From the NCBI GenBank assembly GCA_023484515.1, contig JAMDAY010000007.1, positions 50,179-114,178 on the forward strand: 64,000 nt of DNA. The letters run 5' to 3'. The position numbers and the translations under genes are program-made. Below the pieces are notes generated by a model, which saw nothing but the letters and a program-made list of their open reading frames with translations, was not told the origin of the DNA and ran no database searches. Position 1 is the first letter of the stretch, and every line of letters begins with the position of its first letter. Shown piece by piece: positions 46,843 to 54,888 of the stretch. The stretch comes from Patescibacteria group bacterium (GTDB lineage Bacteria; Patescibacteriota; Doudnabacteria; UBA920).

Positions 46843-47576
46843 TGCCATCAAACAAGCAAGAAGGGTATAAACATACCCTTTTTATTATTAAACGAAATCA
46901 AATGAAGAAAAAACGCTTATGGTTTGTGTTATTGTTTGCGGTTTTAGGGCTGGCGGCCTTGCAAGTTCCGCTCTTTGCCGTAGTGGGATCAAGCACCAAG
47001 TTTACGCTGTTTGACCTGTTCGGGCCAATCGCTTCAGGGTTTTTAGGCACTATTCCAGGAATACTGGCCGTTTTTTTAATGCAAATTTTTAACTTTTTTG
47101 CCCACGGTTTTTCCTGGTCCAATACGGCCGCAGTCATTAGGATATTCCCCATGGTTTTCGGGGCCTTGTATTTCAGCCGCAAGTCTAAATTAAATATTAT
47201 TGTTCCGCTTTTGGCAATTTTAGCCTGGAACCTCACGCCGGCCGGCCGCGCCGCCTGGTTTTACTCTTTATTCTGGATTATTCCCATAGCTTGTTATTTT
47301 TTGCAAGAAAAATATTTGCTCGCCCGCAGCTTGGGCGCCACTTTTACCGCACATGCGGCAGGAGGGGCTTTGTGGATTTATTTCCTGCCTTTGCCAAAAG
47401 CCGTATGGCTGACGCTAATACCCACAACCTCAATGGAGCGCGCCATTTTCGCCCTGGGCATTGCCGGCATGTATTTGGCGTTTAATAACGCGATCAACTT
47501 TTTGGCGCAAAAGCATTTTCCAAAACTGGGTGTTCTCGTGAACCCAAGATACGCGTGGAAATGGAAAACGGCATAA
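46842..47576 (+). CDS. hypothetical polytopic membrane protein (possibly an ECF-transporter S-component-like protein)
   Basis: Six predicted TM helices; likely start at MKKKRLW (46904). Confidence 0.4.
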   Translation: MPSNKQEGYKHTLFIIKRNQMKKKRLWFVLLFAVLGLAALQVPLFAVVGSSTKFTLFDLFGPIASGFLGTIPGILAVFLMQIFNFFAHGFSWSNTAAVIRIFPMVFGALYFSRKSKLNIIVPLLAILAWNLTPAGRAAWFYSLFWIIPIACYFLQEKYLLARSLGATFTAHAAGGALWIYFLPLPKAVWLTLIPTTSMERAIFALGIAGMYLAFNNAINFLAQKHFPKLGVLVNPRYAWKWKTA

Positions 47577-47611
47577 GTTGCAATATGATTAATGATGCCT
47601 TAAACTGTAGG

Positions 47612-47641
47612 GACAGGCCGCGGCCTGTCCCTACATTATAT
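47612..47641. repeat. REP-like perfect palindrome GTAGGGACAGGCC-GC-GGCCTGTCCCTAC (sibling of 17091-17117)
   Basis: Read directly, just upstream of the folC start. Confidence 0.6.
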
Positions 47642-47644
47642 ATG

Positions 47645-48919
47645 GATAAATTCCCATCTTATTACAAAGCCGTGAATTTTTTGGAAGGCTTGGCCAACAT
47701 GCAGGACAAGCATAATTTTACGGCGGCCGACAGCCGCGCTGTTTTTTTTCTCAAGCGGACCGAATTTCTGTTAAATTTGCTCGGCCACCCGGAAAGATCG
47801 TTTAAAAGTATTCATGTGGCGGGAACCTCGGGCAAGGGTTCGGTTTCTGCCTTAATCCACTCCGCCCTGGTCGTCTCCGGCAAGAAAGCGGGGCTGTTCA
47901 CTTCTCCGTTCGTTACTACTACCGTTGAAAAAATTCAAGCGGGCGCCAAATACATCTCCCCAAAAGAATTTACGGACCTGGTGGAAAAAATAAAGCCCGC
48001 GCTGGACGAAATGGCCGTAACTTCCCCTTACGGGCCGGCTTCTTATTTTGAAGCCCTATTCGCCATGGCAGCGCTGTATTTTAAGAAACAAAAATGCGAA
48101 TGGGCGGTGCTGGAAGTCGGCTGCGGCGGCCGGTTTGACGCGACCAATGCCATTCCGGCGCCAAAAATTTCCATAATTACCAACATCGGCCTGGACCACA
48201 CGAAAACCTTGGGCAAAACTTTAAAAAAAATCGCTTTTGAAAAAGCCGGCATTATAAAAAAAGGGTCAAATTTTTGGACTACGGAACAGCGGCCCAAGCT
48301 TCTGGTTTTTTTTAAAAATACCTGCAAGAACAAAGGCACAAAATTCCACCACATTGAACAAAACAAAAGAGATTATGCCGGACTTAACCGCGAGCTGGCC
48401 CGGCAGGCTTGCCGGCATATTGGCCTGAAAGAAAAAGATATTAAAAAAGGATTTAGCAATGCCTTTACCCCCTGCCGGTTTGAAACCATGCAAACCAAAC
48501 CCCTGATAATTTTGGACGGCGCCCACAACGAAGATAAAATTAAAAGCACGGTTTACAACCTGCAAAGGTTAAAATACAAAAAACTTTTCCTTATAATCGG
48601 CATGGCAGGGGACAAGGACCATTCTAAAATTTTAAAAATGCTGGTGCCGCTGGCTGACCGCATTTTCATCACCAGGTTTGAACTGGCCAAAAGAAAATGC
48701 GCGGACCCGGGAATGTTATACCACGAGACGCAGATGATTAAAAAAAAGGGCGCCAGGTTATTTTTGTACCTGGACCCCAACCATGCGCTAAAACAGGCTC
48801 TAAAACTGGCCGGCAAAAACGACGCCATTTTGGCTACCGGTTCCTTCTACCTGGTGGGCAAATTGCGAGAACACTGGTATCCGGAAGAATGGATTTTAAC
48901 CCGCCGCAAAAGCCGCTAG
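47645..48919 (+). CDS. folC: folylpolyglutamate synthase/dihydrofolate synthase (Mur-ligase family)
   Basis: P-loop IHVAGTSGKGSV and Mur-ligase middle and C-domains; start moved to MDKFPSYY. Confidence 0.8.
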   Translation, partial: DKFPSYYKAVNFLEGLANMQDKHNFTAADSRAVFFLKRTEFLLNLLGHPERSFKSIHVAGTSGKGSVSALIHSALVVSGKKAGLFTSPFVTTTVEKIQAGAKYISPKEFTDLVEKIKPALDEMAVTSPYGPASYFEALFAMAALYFKKQKCEWAVLEVGCGGRFDATNAIPAPKISIITNIGLDHTKTLGKTLKKIAFEKAGIIKKGSNFWTTEQRPKLLVFFKNTCKNKGTKFHHIEQNKRDYAGLNRELARQACRHIGLKEKDIKKGFSNAFTPCRFETMQTKPLIILDGAHNEDKIKSTVYNLQRLKYKKLFLIIGMAGDKDHSKILKMLVPLADRIFITRFELAKRKCADPGMLYHETQMIKKKGARLFLYLDPNHALKQALKLAGKNDAILATGSFYLVGKLREHWYPEEWILTRRKSR

Positions 48920-48945
48920 ACAAAACCCGCAAAATTTGCTATAAT
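48917..48945 (+). promoter_or_regulatory. promoter TAGACA-17-TGcTATAAT (extended -10)
   Basis: Read directly; drives the structured leader upstream of the radical SAM operon. Confidence 0.45.
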
Positions 48946-48976
48946 ACCTATAGAAAAGTGAGTTCTTCTCCGCCAG

Positions 48977-49075
48977 ATGGCGGATGATAGAAACAAAAAT
49001 CAAAAACAATTTGATAAAAAACCAATCCGTCCGCCAAGGGCGGAGGAATATTATCGCCGACATTTTTTGCGGTGA
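48977..49075 (+). other. possible 32-aa leader peptide ORF (MADDRNKNQKQFDKKPIRPPRAEEYYRRHFLR) embedded in twin hairpins
   Basis: ATG lies in the loop of hairpin CTCCGCC-AGAUG-GCGGA; weak RBS; speculative. Confidence 0.15.
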
Positions 49076-49128
49076 TTGGCCAAAAGGTTTGCTTTTGGCT
49101 TACAATAAATCTTCTTCTTACTTTTCTT

Positions 49129-49195
49129 AAAACCCCCGTTTTCGCGCCAGCAATATCCCCTGTAGGGATTTGGCCGAAAAACCGGGGGTTTTTAC
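49129..49195 (+). terminator. leader intrinsic terminator/attenuator AAAACCCCCG...CGGGGGUUUUU
   Basis: 10-bp outer stem enclosing an inner ATCCC-CTGTA-GGGAT hairpin, followed by a U-run; located between the promoter and the first gene of the operon. Confidence 0.5.
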
Positions 49196-49297
49196 TATTT
49201 ATTCCTCCCAAATTGCCGCTAAATAAAACCAAGGTGGCAATTTGGATCGGAATAAAATTTGGTGTAAAATAAAAAGGCCATAAATAATTTTAATGTT

Positions 49298-49576
49298 ATG
49301 GGACAAGAAGACATAAAATCGTTATTTGAAGATAAATACGCCGAAACTTTAGGCTTATCTTACCAGTCCTGGCAGGCTAAGGCGCCGCAGACCGAAGAGC
49401 AGGCTTATGCCCGATGTATTGAGATCGATCGCGAGCTCAACCGGACCTATGACGAGTGGTTTGAAGCCAGAGGGGATAGGAAGGACGAATTGCAGGACTA
49501 CCGCGACAAGCTTAAGGCCGAGTACGATCTGCTGGAAGAGATCTTCCATTTAGAACCTAACGACAGGGACTGGTAA
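49298..49576 (+). CDS. small highly charged protein (92 aa) translationally coupled to the radical SAM gene
   Basis: Stop TAA is 2 nt before the rSAM ATG; aromatic- and acid-rich; single Cys. Confidence 0.5.
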   Translation: MGQEDIKSLFEDKYAETLGLSYQSWQAKAPQTEEQAYARCIEIDRELNRTYDEWFEARGDRKDELQDYRDKLKAEYDLLEEIFHLEPNDRDW

Positions 49577-49578
49577 AC

Positions 49579-50712
49579 ATGAACAACAAAATTGAAAATG
49601 CTTCTCCGGATGCAAAAAGAGAATTGGAAATACCCAAACTTATACTGGCAGGCATGCCAGACTACTTTATTGCACGGGAAGGAAAAGAGGCTTGGAAAGA
49701 TGACAGTCATCCAGTTTATTTAATGATGAATTTGGATACCAAATGCAGTTGCAATTGTATAAAGTGTGCTTTACATGGCCGTAAGCGCGAGCCGGGCCCT
49801 CCTTTGACTACTCAAGAACGGACAGCTTTTCTAGACCAAAATACAGCTACGCTAGGCTTAAAAGAACTAGTAATAATCGGTTACGGCGAACCGACCGAAG
49901 ATTTTGGCAAAGTAGAACCCCTCATTCGCGAAGCTCATAGCCAAGGCATGGGAACAGTAATCTTTTCAAACCTGGGATTCCTTACTAAAGAACAAGCCGA
50001 ATTTTTTAGAGACCATGAAGTTACATTAATTGTAAGCTTAGATGCGGTTGATGAAAATACCTATAACTTCCTGATTGATCCCAATAAAAGAAAGGGTATG
50101 GACCTTAATAAAGTCTTAAAAAATCTTGAATTATTAAAAGAAACATACAGACAAAATAATAAAACTATAAACGAGCAAAAAGTGGTTAGGCTGGGAATTA
50201 ACACCACTGTCTGTAAACAAAATGTTGATCATTTAGAAGAAATAAAGCAACTGGTTGGAAGAGATATGATGTACATAGCCAACCCTCCAATGCGTGAAGG
50301 CAATTTAACGCAAAAAGATCGGTGGAACATCTTAGTTGGAAATCAATATGATTATTTGGCCAAGAGAGCGGCTGAGGTTTCCCAAACAGGGGGTCACAGC
50401 TCTTTGGCCGAAGGTTCTTGCAGTTATTTTAATCGGGGACTTTCCGTAGATTCCGATGGAGAACTTTTAACTTGTGGTTATGCGGTAAATACTGCCCACT
50501 CCATTGGAAATATTAAAGATAACTTATCGCCGCAACAGTTAAAGAACATTTACCGGAAAAACCGTGAAGTCTTTGAAAAATACAGGCAGGAGACCGGAGA
50601 CGAGCAGGCGACTTGCCCATTAAGGAGTAAAAATTTTGAGGATTATTGCCGAAGAATAGCCTCGGCACATAGCAAAAGGCAAAAAGAAAATCCATTTAAT
50701 ATTTTAGAATAA
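49579..50712 (+). CDS. radical SAM enzyme with C-terminal SPASM/twitch-like Cys-rich domain
   Basis: CxxxCxxC motif CSCNCIKC, GYGEPT glycine-rich SAM motif, C-terminal cysteines (CSYF...LTCGY...ATCPL...DYC). Confidence 0.8.
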   Translation: MNNKIENASPDAKRELEIPKLILAGMPDYFIAREGKEAWKDDSHPVYLMMNLDTKCSCNCIKCALHGRKREPGPPLTTQERTAFLDQNTATLGLKELVIIGYGEPTEDFGKVEPLIREAHSQGMGTVIFSNLGFLTKEQAEFFRDHEVTLIVSLDAVDENTYNFLIDPNKRKGMDLNKVLKNLELLKETYRQNNKTINEQKVVRLGINTTVCKQNVDHLEEIKQLVGRDMMYIANPPMREGNLTQKDRWNILVGNQYDYLAKRAAEVSQTGGHSSLAEGSCSYFNRGLSVDSDGELLTCGYAVNTAHSIGNIKDNLSPQQLKNIYRKNREVFEKYRQETGDEQATCPLRSKNFEDYCRRIASAHSKRQKENPFNILE

Positions 50713-50715
50713 TTT

Positions 50716-51492
50716 ATGCTTTACGTTGTCGCCACGCCCATTGGGAACTTAAAAGATATAACTTTGCGGGCCATTGAGACTTTAAAGGCCTGCGATTTTG
50801 TAATTGCGGAAAATCCGGGGTATAGCAGGAGGCTGTTGCAACACATCGCAAACACCAGTGTCATTGCGAGGCCGAATGCATCTGAGGCCGAAGCAATCTA
50901 TCCATCTGACAGTAAGATTGCTTCGCCGTCCGGCCAAAGCCCCGAACGGCTCGCAATGACATCTAAGAAAGAGATTGTCCAATTTGCGGAATTTAACGAA
51001 CAGCAGGTGGTCAAAGAATTGGCTAGACGATTAATAAAAGAAAACGGATGCCTTATCACCGACGCCGGCACGCCTGGCATTTCCGACCCCGGATTCAGGC
51101 TGGTGAGGGAATGTATAAAAAACAACATCGAGATTGTGCCAATCCCCGGCGCCAGCGCCGCAATTACCGCCTTGTCAGCAAGCGGTTTGCCCACGGACAG
51201 GTTTTTATTCCTGGGCTTTTTGCAAAAGACCGCGGCCAAAACCTTGAAAGCCTTAAAAGACGCCGAACAAGCTGAAGCCACGGCCATATTTTACGAATCC
51301 CCGGAAAGAATTTTCAAGACCATGAGTTACATTGCCAACGCCTTCCCGTCTTCCCAAGTCGTTATCGCGCGCGAACTAACCAAACTCCACGAAGAATTCA
51401 TCCGCGGCAGCGCGGGGGAAGTGCTGGAAAAGCTGAAAGAAAGAACCTCAATAAAAGGAGAATTTACAGTCCTTGTATCATTTAAAAATTAA
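50716..51492 (+). CDS. rsmI: 16S rRNA (cytidine1402-2'-O)-methyltransferase RsmI carrying an in-frame palindromic-element insertion
   Basis: MLYVVATPIGNLKDITLRAIETL N-terminus and DAGTPGISDPGFRLV motif; about 37 extra residues between LLQH and NEQQ encoded by the 50859-50961 element. Confidence 0.8.
   Translation: MLYVVATPIGNLKDITLRAIETLKACDFVIAENPGYSRRLLQHIANTSVIARPNASEAEAIYPSDSKIASPSGQSPERLAMTSKKEIVQFAEFNEQQVVKELARRLIKENGCLITDAGTPGISDPGFRLVRECIKNNIEIVPIPGASAAITALSASGLPTDRFLFLGFLQKTAAKTLKALKDAEQAEATAIFYESPERIFKTMSYIANAFPSSQVVIARELTKLHEEFIRGSAGEVLEKLKERTSIKGEFTVLVSFKN
50859..50961. mobile_element. 'TGTCATTGC...GCAATGACA' palindromic element inserted in-frame in rsmI
   Basis: Shares TIRs, the CGAAGCAATC/GATTGCTTCG inner hairpin and GTCCGGCC with the carA copy; same orientation relative to the host reading frame. 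Confidence 0.7.
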
Positions 51493-51515
51493 CAAATTCA
51501 CAAATTTACAAATTT

Positions 51516-51884
51516 ATGAAACCGGAGGATTTGCAAAAAAGGACCAAAAAATTTGCAATTAGGGTAATTAAATTCGCTCAATTTCTTGAAACGAAAGGAA
51601 TTGTTGGGGTAGTAATCGCAAAACAATTATTACGCGCAGCTACCTCGGTTGCGGCGAATTATCGAGCAGTTTGCCGAGCCAAATCTGGAAAAGATTTTGT
51701 TAATAAATTAGGGATAGTTGTTGAAGAGGCTGACGAAACGCAATTTTGGCTGGAATTAGCGGTAGAGTCAGGATTGGTGGAAACGAGTATGATTCAAGAC
51801 CTGCTTAAAGAAGCTACGGAGGTTACAGCCATCATGCAGGCATCAAAGTCGTCGGCTATTCGCAATCACGTAGGGAAAAAATAA
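51516..51884 (+). CDS. four-helix-bundle protein (TIGR02436 / 23S rRNA-IVS protein family)
   Basis: KDFVNKLGIVVEEADETQFWLEL signature. Confidence 0.6.
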   Translation: MKPEDLQKRTKKFAIRVIKFAQFLETKGIVGVVIAKQLLRAATSVAANYRAVCRAKSGKDFVNKLGIVVEEADETQFWLELAVESGLVETSMIQDLLKEATEVTAIMQASKSSAIRNHVGKK

Positions 51885-51923
51885 TTTGTTAATTTGTGAA
51901 TTATTAAATTTTATTTAATTTCT

Positions 51924-52637
51924 ATGTCTGGACATTCCAAATGGGCGCAAATTAAAAGAACTAAGGGCGTTTTGGACCAAAAGCGTGGGCTGCTGTTTTC
52001 CAAACTATCCAAAAAGATATCAATTGCAGTCAAAGAAGGGGGCAGCACTGACCCCGCGGCTAATTATAAATTAAAGGCCGCGATGGATTACGCCAAAGAC
52101 CAGGGCATGCCCAATGACAACATTGAACGCGCCATAAAAAATACGGCCAATGCCGGGGAAATTAAGGAAGTGGTTTACGAAGGCTACGGTCCTTTTGGCA
52201 CCGCGTTTTTGGTGGAAGCTGCCACGGACAGCCCTAACCGCACTACCAATAACATCAAGCATATTTTTTCCAAGCACAACGGCAACATGGGAGCGCAAGG
52301 CTCGGTTGCCTGGCAGTTCGTGACTAAGGGCCAAATTTTGGTGGAAAGGGAGCGGGAAGATTTGTCCGACCTTGAACTAGCCGCTATTGATGCCGGAGCC
52401 GAGGACGTGCGCGAATCCAAAGAAGGACTGGAAGTTTATACCTTGCCTTTGGATCTGCAAAAGGTCAAGGACATGCTAATAAAAGCCGGCGCCAAAGTGG
52501 CGCGAGCGGATATTATCAAGGAATCTTCGCAGGGCACGGACTTAACCGAAGATCAAAAACCGAAAGTGGACGCATTGTTTGCGGAACTGGAAAACGACGA
52601 GGATGTGATTGCAGTGCATACGTCGGCTAATTTATAG
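51924..52637 (+). CDS. yebC: YebC/PmpR-family DNA-binding transcriptional regulator
   Basis: MSGHSKWAQIKRTKG N-terminus is diagnostic. Confidence 0.9.
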   Translation: MSGHSKWAQIKRTKGVLDQKRGLLFSKLSKKISIAVKEGGSTDPAANYKLKAAMDYAKDQGMPNDNIERAIKNTANAGEIKEVVYEGYGPFGTAFLVEAATDSPNRTTNNIKHIFSKHNGNMGAQGSVAWQFVTKGQILVEREREDLSDLELAAIDAGAEDVRESKEGLEVYTLPLDLQKVKDMLIKAGAKVARADIIKESSQGTDLTEDQKPKVDALFAELENDEDVIAVHTSANL

Positions 52638-52752
52638 TTAAAAATGTAAATATCAAAATTAAAAATGACAATGTAAAATATTAAAGTTGGTTTTCATTTT
52701 CATTTTTAACTTTACATCGTCATTTTACATTTTGATCTTTTCACTTTACCTT

Positions 52753-53253
52753 ATGTTAATCCTTGGCATAGACCCCGGAACCGCCACCACCGGCTACGGG
52801 ATAATTGAATCGACAAAAAATAAAAGCGAACATAGGCTCGCGGATTTCGGCGTAATTTCTACCGACAAAAAACTAAAAGACGCCGAGCGCTTGGAAATTC
52901 TGGCTAATGATTTAGACCAGATTATTAAAAAATACAGACCGGACGTTATTGGGATTGAAAAATTATTTTTGACCACCAACCAAAAAACCGTCATGACCGT
53001 GTCCCAGGCCCGCGGAGTGGCATTATTGACCGCGCAGCAGCATAAAATCCCCATTTTGGAATTTACCCCCCTGCAAGTGAAAAATTTCATTTGCGGCTAC
53101 GGCAAGGCCGAAAAAAAACAGGTGCAATACATTGTGCAAAAAACTTTCAAACTCAAAACCGCGCCCAAACCCGACGACGCCGCCGACGCCCTGGCCATTG
53201 CTTTATGCGCGGCGCATCATTTTAACAGAATTTTTAAACAAAATAAGATTTAA
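52753..53253 (+). CDS. ruvC: crossover junction endodeoxyribonuclease RuvC
   Basis: MLILGIDPGTATTGYGII N-terminus; catalytic acidic residues; start moved from the ORF-track 52687. Confidence 0.85.
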   Translation: MLILGIDPGTATTGYGIIESTKNKSEHRLADFGVISTDKKLKDAERLEILANDLDQIIKKYRPDVIGIEKLFLTTNQKTVMTVSQARGVALLTAQQHKIPILEFTPLQVKNFICGYGKAEKKQVQYIVQKTFKLKTAPKPDDAADALAIALCAAHHFNRIFKQNKI

Positions 53254-53316
53254 TCTTAAAATCATCTCTAATCTAACAGCCTGCAAGCCAGCCATAAAAC
53301 CACGGGATTTCCACTA

Positions 53317-53358
53317 TTGCCAAAACGCCATTTTTTTTAAAAAATGGCGTTTTGGCAA
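53317..53358. terminator. perfect 20-bp palindrome TTGCCAAAACGCCATTTTTT/AAAAAATGGCGTTTTGGCAA
   Basis: Read directly after ruvC. Confidence 0.6.
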
Positions 53359-53455
53359 CTGGACAAGAACAATATTCGTGATATACTAGGGCTAACCTTA
53401 AAACGCTCCCAAAAAACGGCTTAATTAAAAGCCTTGGGCAGCAAAGGAGAATAAT

Positions 53456-53557
53456 ATGGCAGACGAAGACACCCAAGTCCAAAGTGACGACGAAATGGTA
53501 GTGGACGATTTGGACGAAAATGACGGGGAAGAAGAAACCGAATCACCGGAACAATAA
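53456..53557 (+). CDS. highly acidic 33-aa peptide (MADEDTQVQSDDEMVVDDLDENDGEEETESPEQ)
   Basis: AAAGGAGAATAAT-ATG RBS, candidate promoter TGGACA-16-TATACT upstream, perfect terminator downstream. Confidence 0.4.
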   Translation: MADEDTQVQSDDEMVVDDLDENDGEEETESPEQ

Positions 53558-53562
53558 ATAAA

Positions 53563-53601
53563 AATACCCCAATTTGCTTTAAGCAAATTGGGGTATTTTT
53601 T
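53563..53601 (+). terminator. terminator AATACCCCAATTTGC-TTTA-AGCAAATTGGGGTATT + T6
   Basis: Read directly. Confidence 0.65.
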
Positions 53602-54781
53602 ACTTAACTTTTATAAACCTTCTTTTCCCGACCTGGATTAGATACTCGCTGCTGCCGTCAAGCGTCAAAACTTTTTCTTCCGAAGTTTCCCGGTTTATTT
53701 TAACCCCGTTTTGGGAAATAAGCCTTCGCGCCTCGGTCCTGCTGGCAGCAAGGCCCAATTGGACAACCAATTCCGAGAGAACATACCGGCCGGGCCTAAT
53801 TTGCTTAAGCGGAATATTTTGCGGCAGTTCGCCCTTGCTGAACTGGGAAATAAAGGCTTGCCTGGCTGCCTCTGCTTTCTTTCCGCCATGGTACAATTCC
53901 GTAATCCTAAAAGCTAAAGCCAATTTTTGGTCCCTGGGGTTGGGGTATTTTAAAATATCCTCAATTTCCTTAAGCGGCAACCTGGTGGCCAACACGAAAT
54001 ATTTTTTTATCAATTCATCGTTAATGGACATTACCTTGCCGAACATGTCATTAGGATCGTCCAAGATGTTAATGACATTCCCCCAGGAGGATGACATTTT
54101 CCGTCCGTCCGTGCCTTCCATTAAAGTCATGGTTAAAATGTCCTGCGGCTCCTGCCTGTAGTGCGGCTGAATAGTCCGCCCCGCCAGCAAGTTAAAACGC
54201 TGGTCGGTTCCGCCCAATTCCACGTCCGCTTTTACGGCCACGGAATCGTACCCTTGCATTAACGGATACAGCAGCTCCCGCAGGGACACGCGCTTGCCAA
54301 CTTTGAGCCTGCGCGCGATATTTTCCCGCGCCGACATCTCGTGCAGGCCGAACAGGTCGGCCATTTCCCCAATTTCCCTAAACCCCAATTTTTTCAGCCA
54401 AGAAGAATTGTAGTGCATTTCCGCTTTTTGGGGGTCAATAATTTTGGCGGCCTGCTTAAAATATGTTTTAATGTTTTGTCCAACCTGGGCTTCGGTCATC
54501 ATGGGCCGTTCCGCATCTTTGTCCGAGGTGTCCCCGATAATACCCGTAAAGTCGCCGACAATAAACACCACCCGGTGCCCCAATTCCTGGAAAGCGCGCA
54601 GTTTCCACAAAACTGCGGCGCGGCCAATATGGATATTCGGACTGGTCGGATCTATCCCCAGTTTTATCCTTAACTTCTTTTTCCCCCGCAACCTTGCTTC
54701 CAAATGTTTTTTGTCTATTACTTCCTCCACGCCGCGCCCGAGCAGATCGGCAATGGCCAGCTCCTTGTTAACATTGTCCAT
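53600..54781 (-). CDS. tyrS: tyrosine--tRNA ligase
   Basis: HIGH-type motif (DPTSPNIHIGR), KMSSS, C-terminal S4 domain; short 5' UTR without a T-box. Confidence 0.9.
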   Translation of the reverse strand: MDNVNKELAIADLLGRGVEEVIDKKHLEARLRGKKKLRIKLGIDPTSPNIHIGRAAVLWKLRAFQELGHRVVFIVGDFTGIIGDTSDKDAERPMMTEAQVGQNIKTYFKQAAKIIDPQKAEMHYNSSWLKKLGFREIGEMADLFGLHEMSARENIARRLKVGKRVSLRELLYPLMQGYDSVAVKADVELGGTDQRFNLLAGRTIQPHYRQEPQDILTMTLMEGTDGRKMSSSWGNVINILDDPNDMFGKVMSINDELIKKYFVLATRLPLKEIEDILKYPNPRDQKLALAFRITELYHGGKKAEAARQAFISQFSKGELPQNIPLKQIRPGRYVLSELVVQLGLAASRTEARRLISQNGVKINRETSEEKVLTLDGSSEYLIQVGKRRFIKVK

Positions 54782-54888
54782 AATTTAAAAAGTTACCTTT
54801 TAAATCATTGTTCGTATCATATTATACCATTTCTTAGGGCTTTTGCGCCATCTTACCAAAATTCCGGAAAAAAGCTATAATAGATAAT

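Noticed and set aside
49072-49272. ORF 49072..49272 + (66 aa) and antisense ORF 48948..49232 in the radical SAM leader
   Set aside because: Both span the attenuator/terminator hairpins and lack RBSs. They are more plausibly by-products of the structured, GC-rich leader.
54782-54888. T-box riboswitch upstream of tyrS
   Set aside because: The tyrS 5' UTR is only about 30 nt from a good extended -10 promoter to the ATG. This is far too short for a T-box leader (about 200-300 nt).
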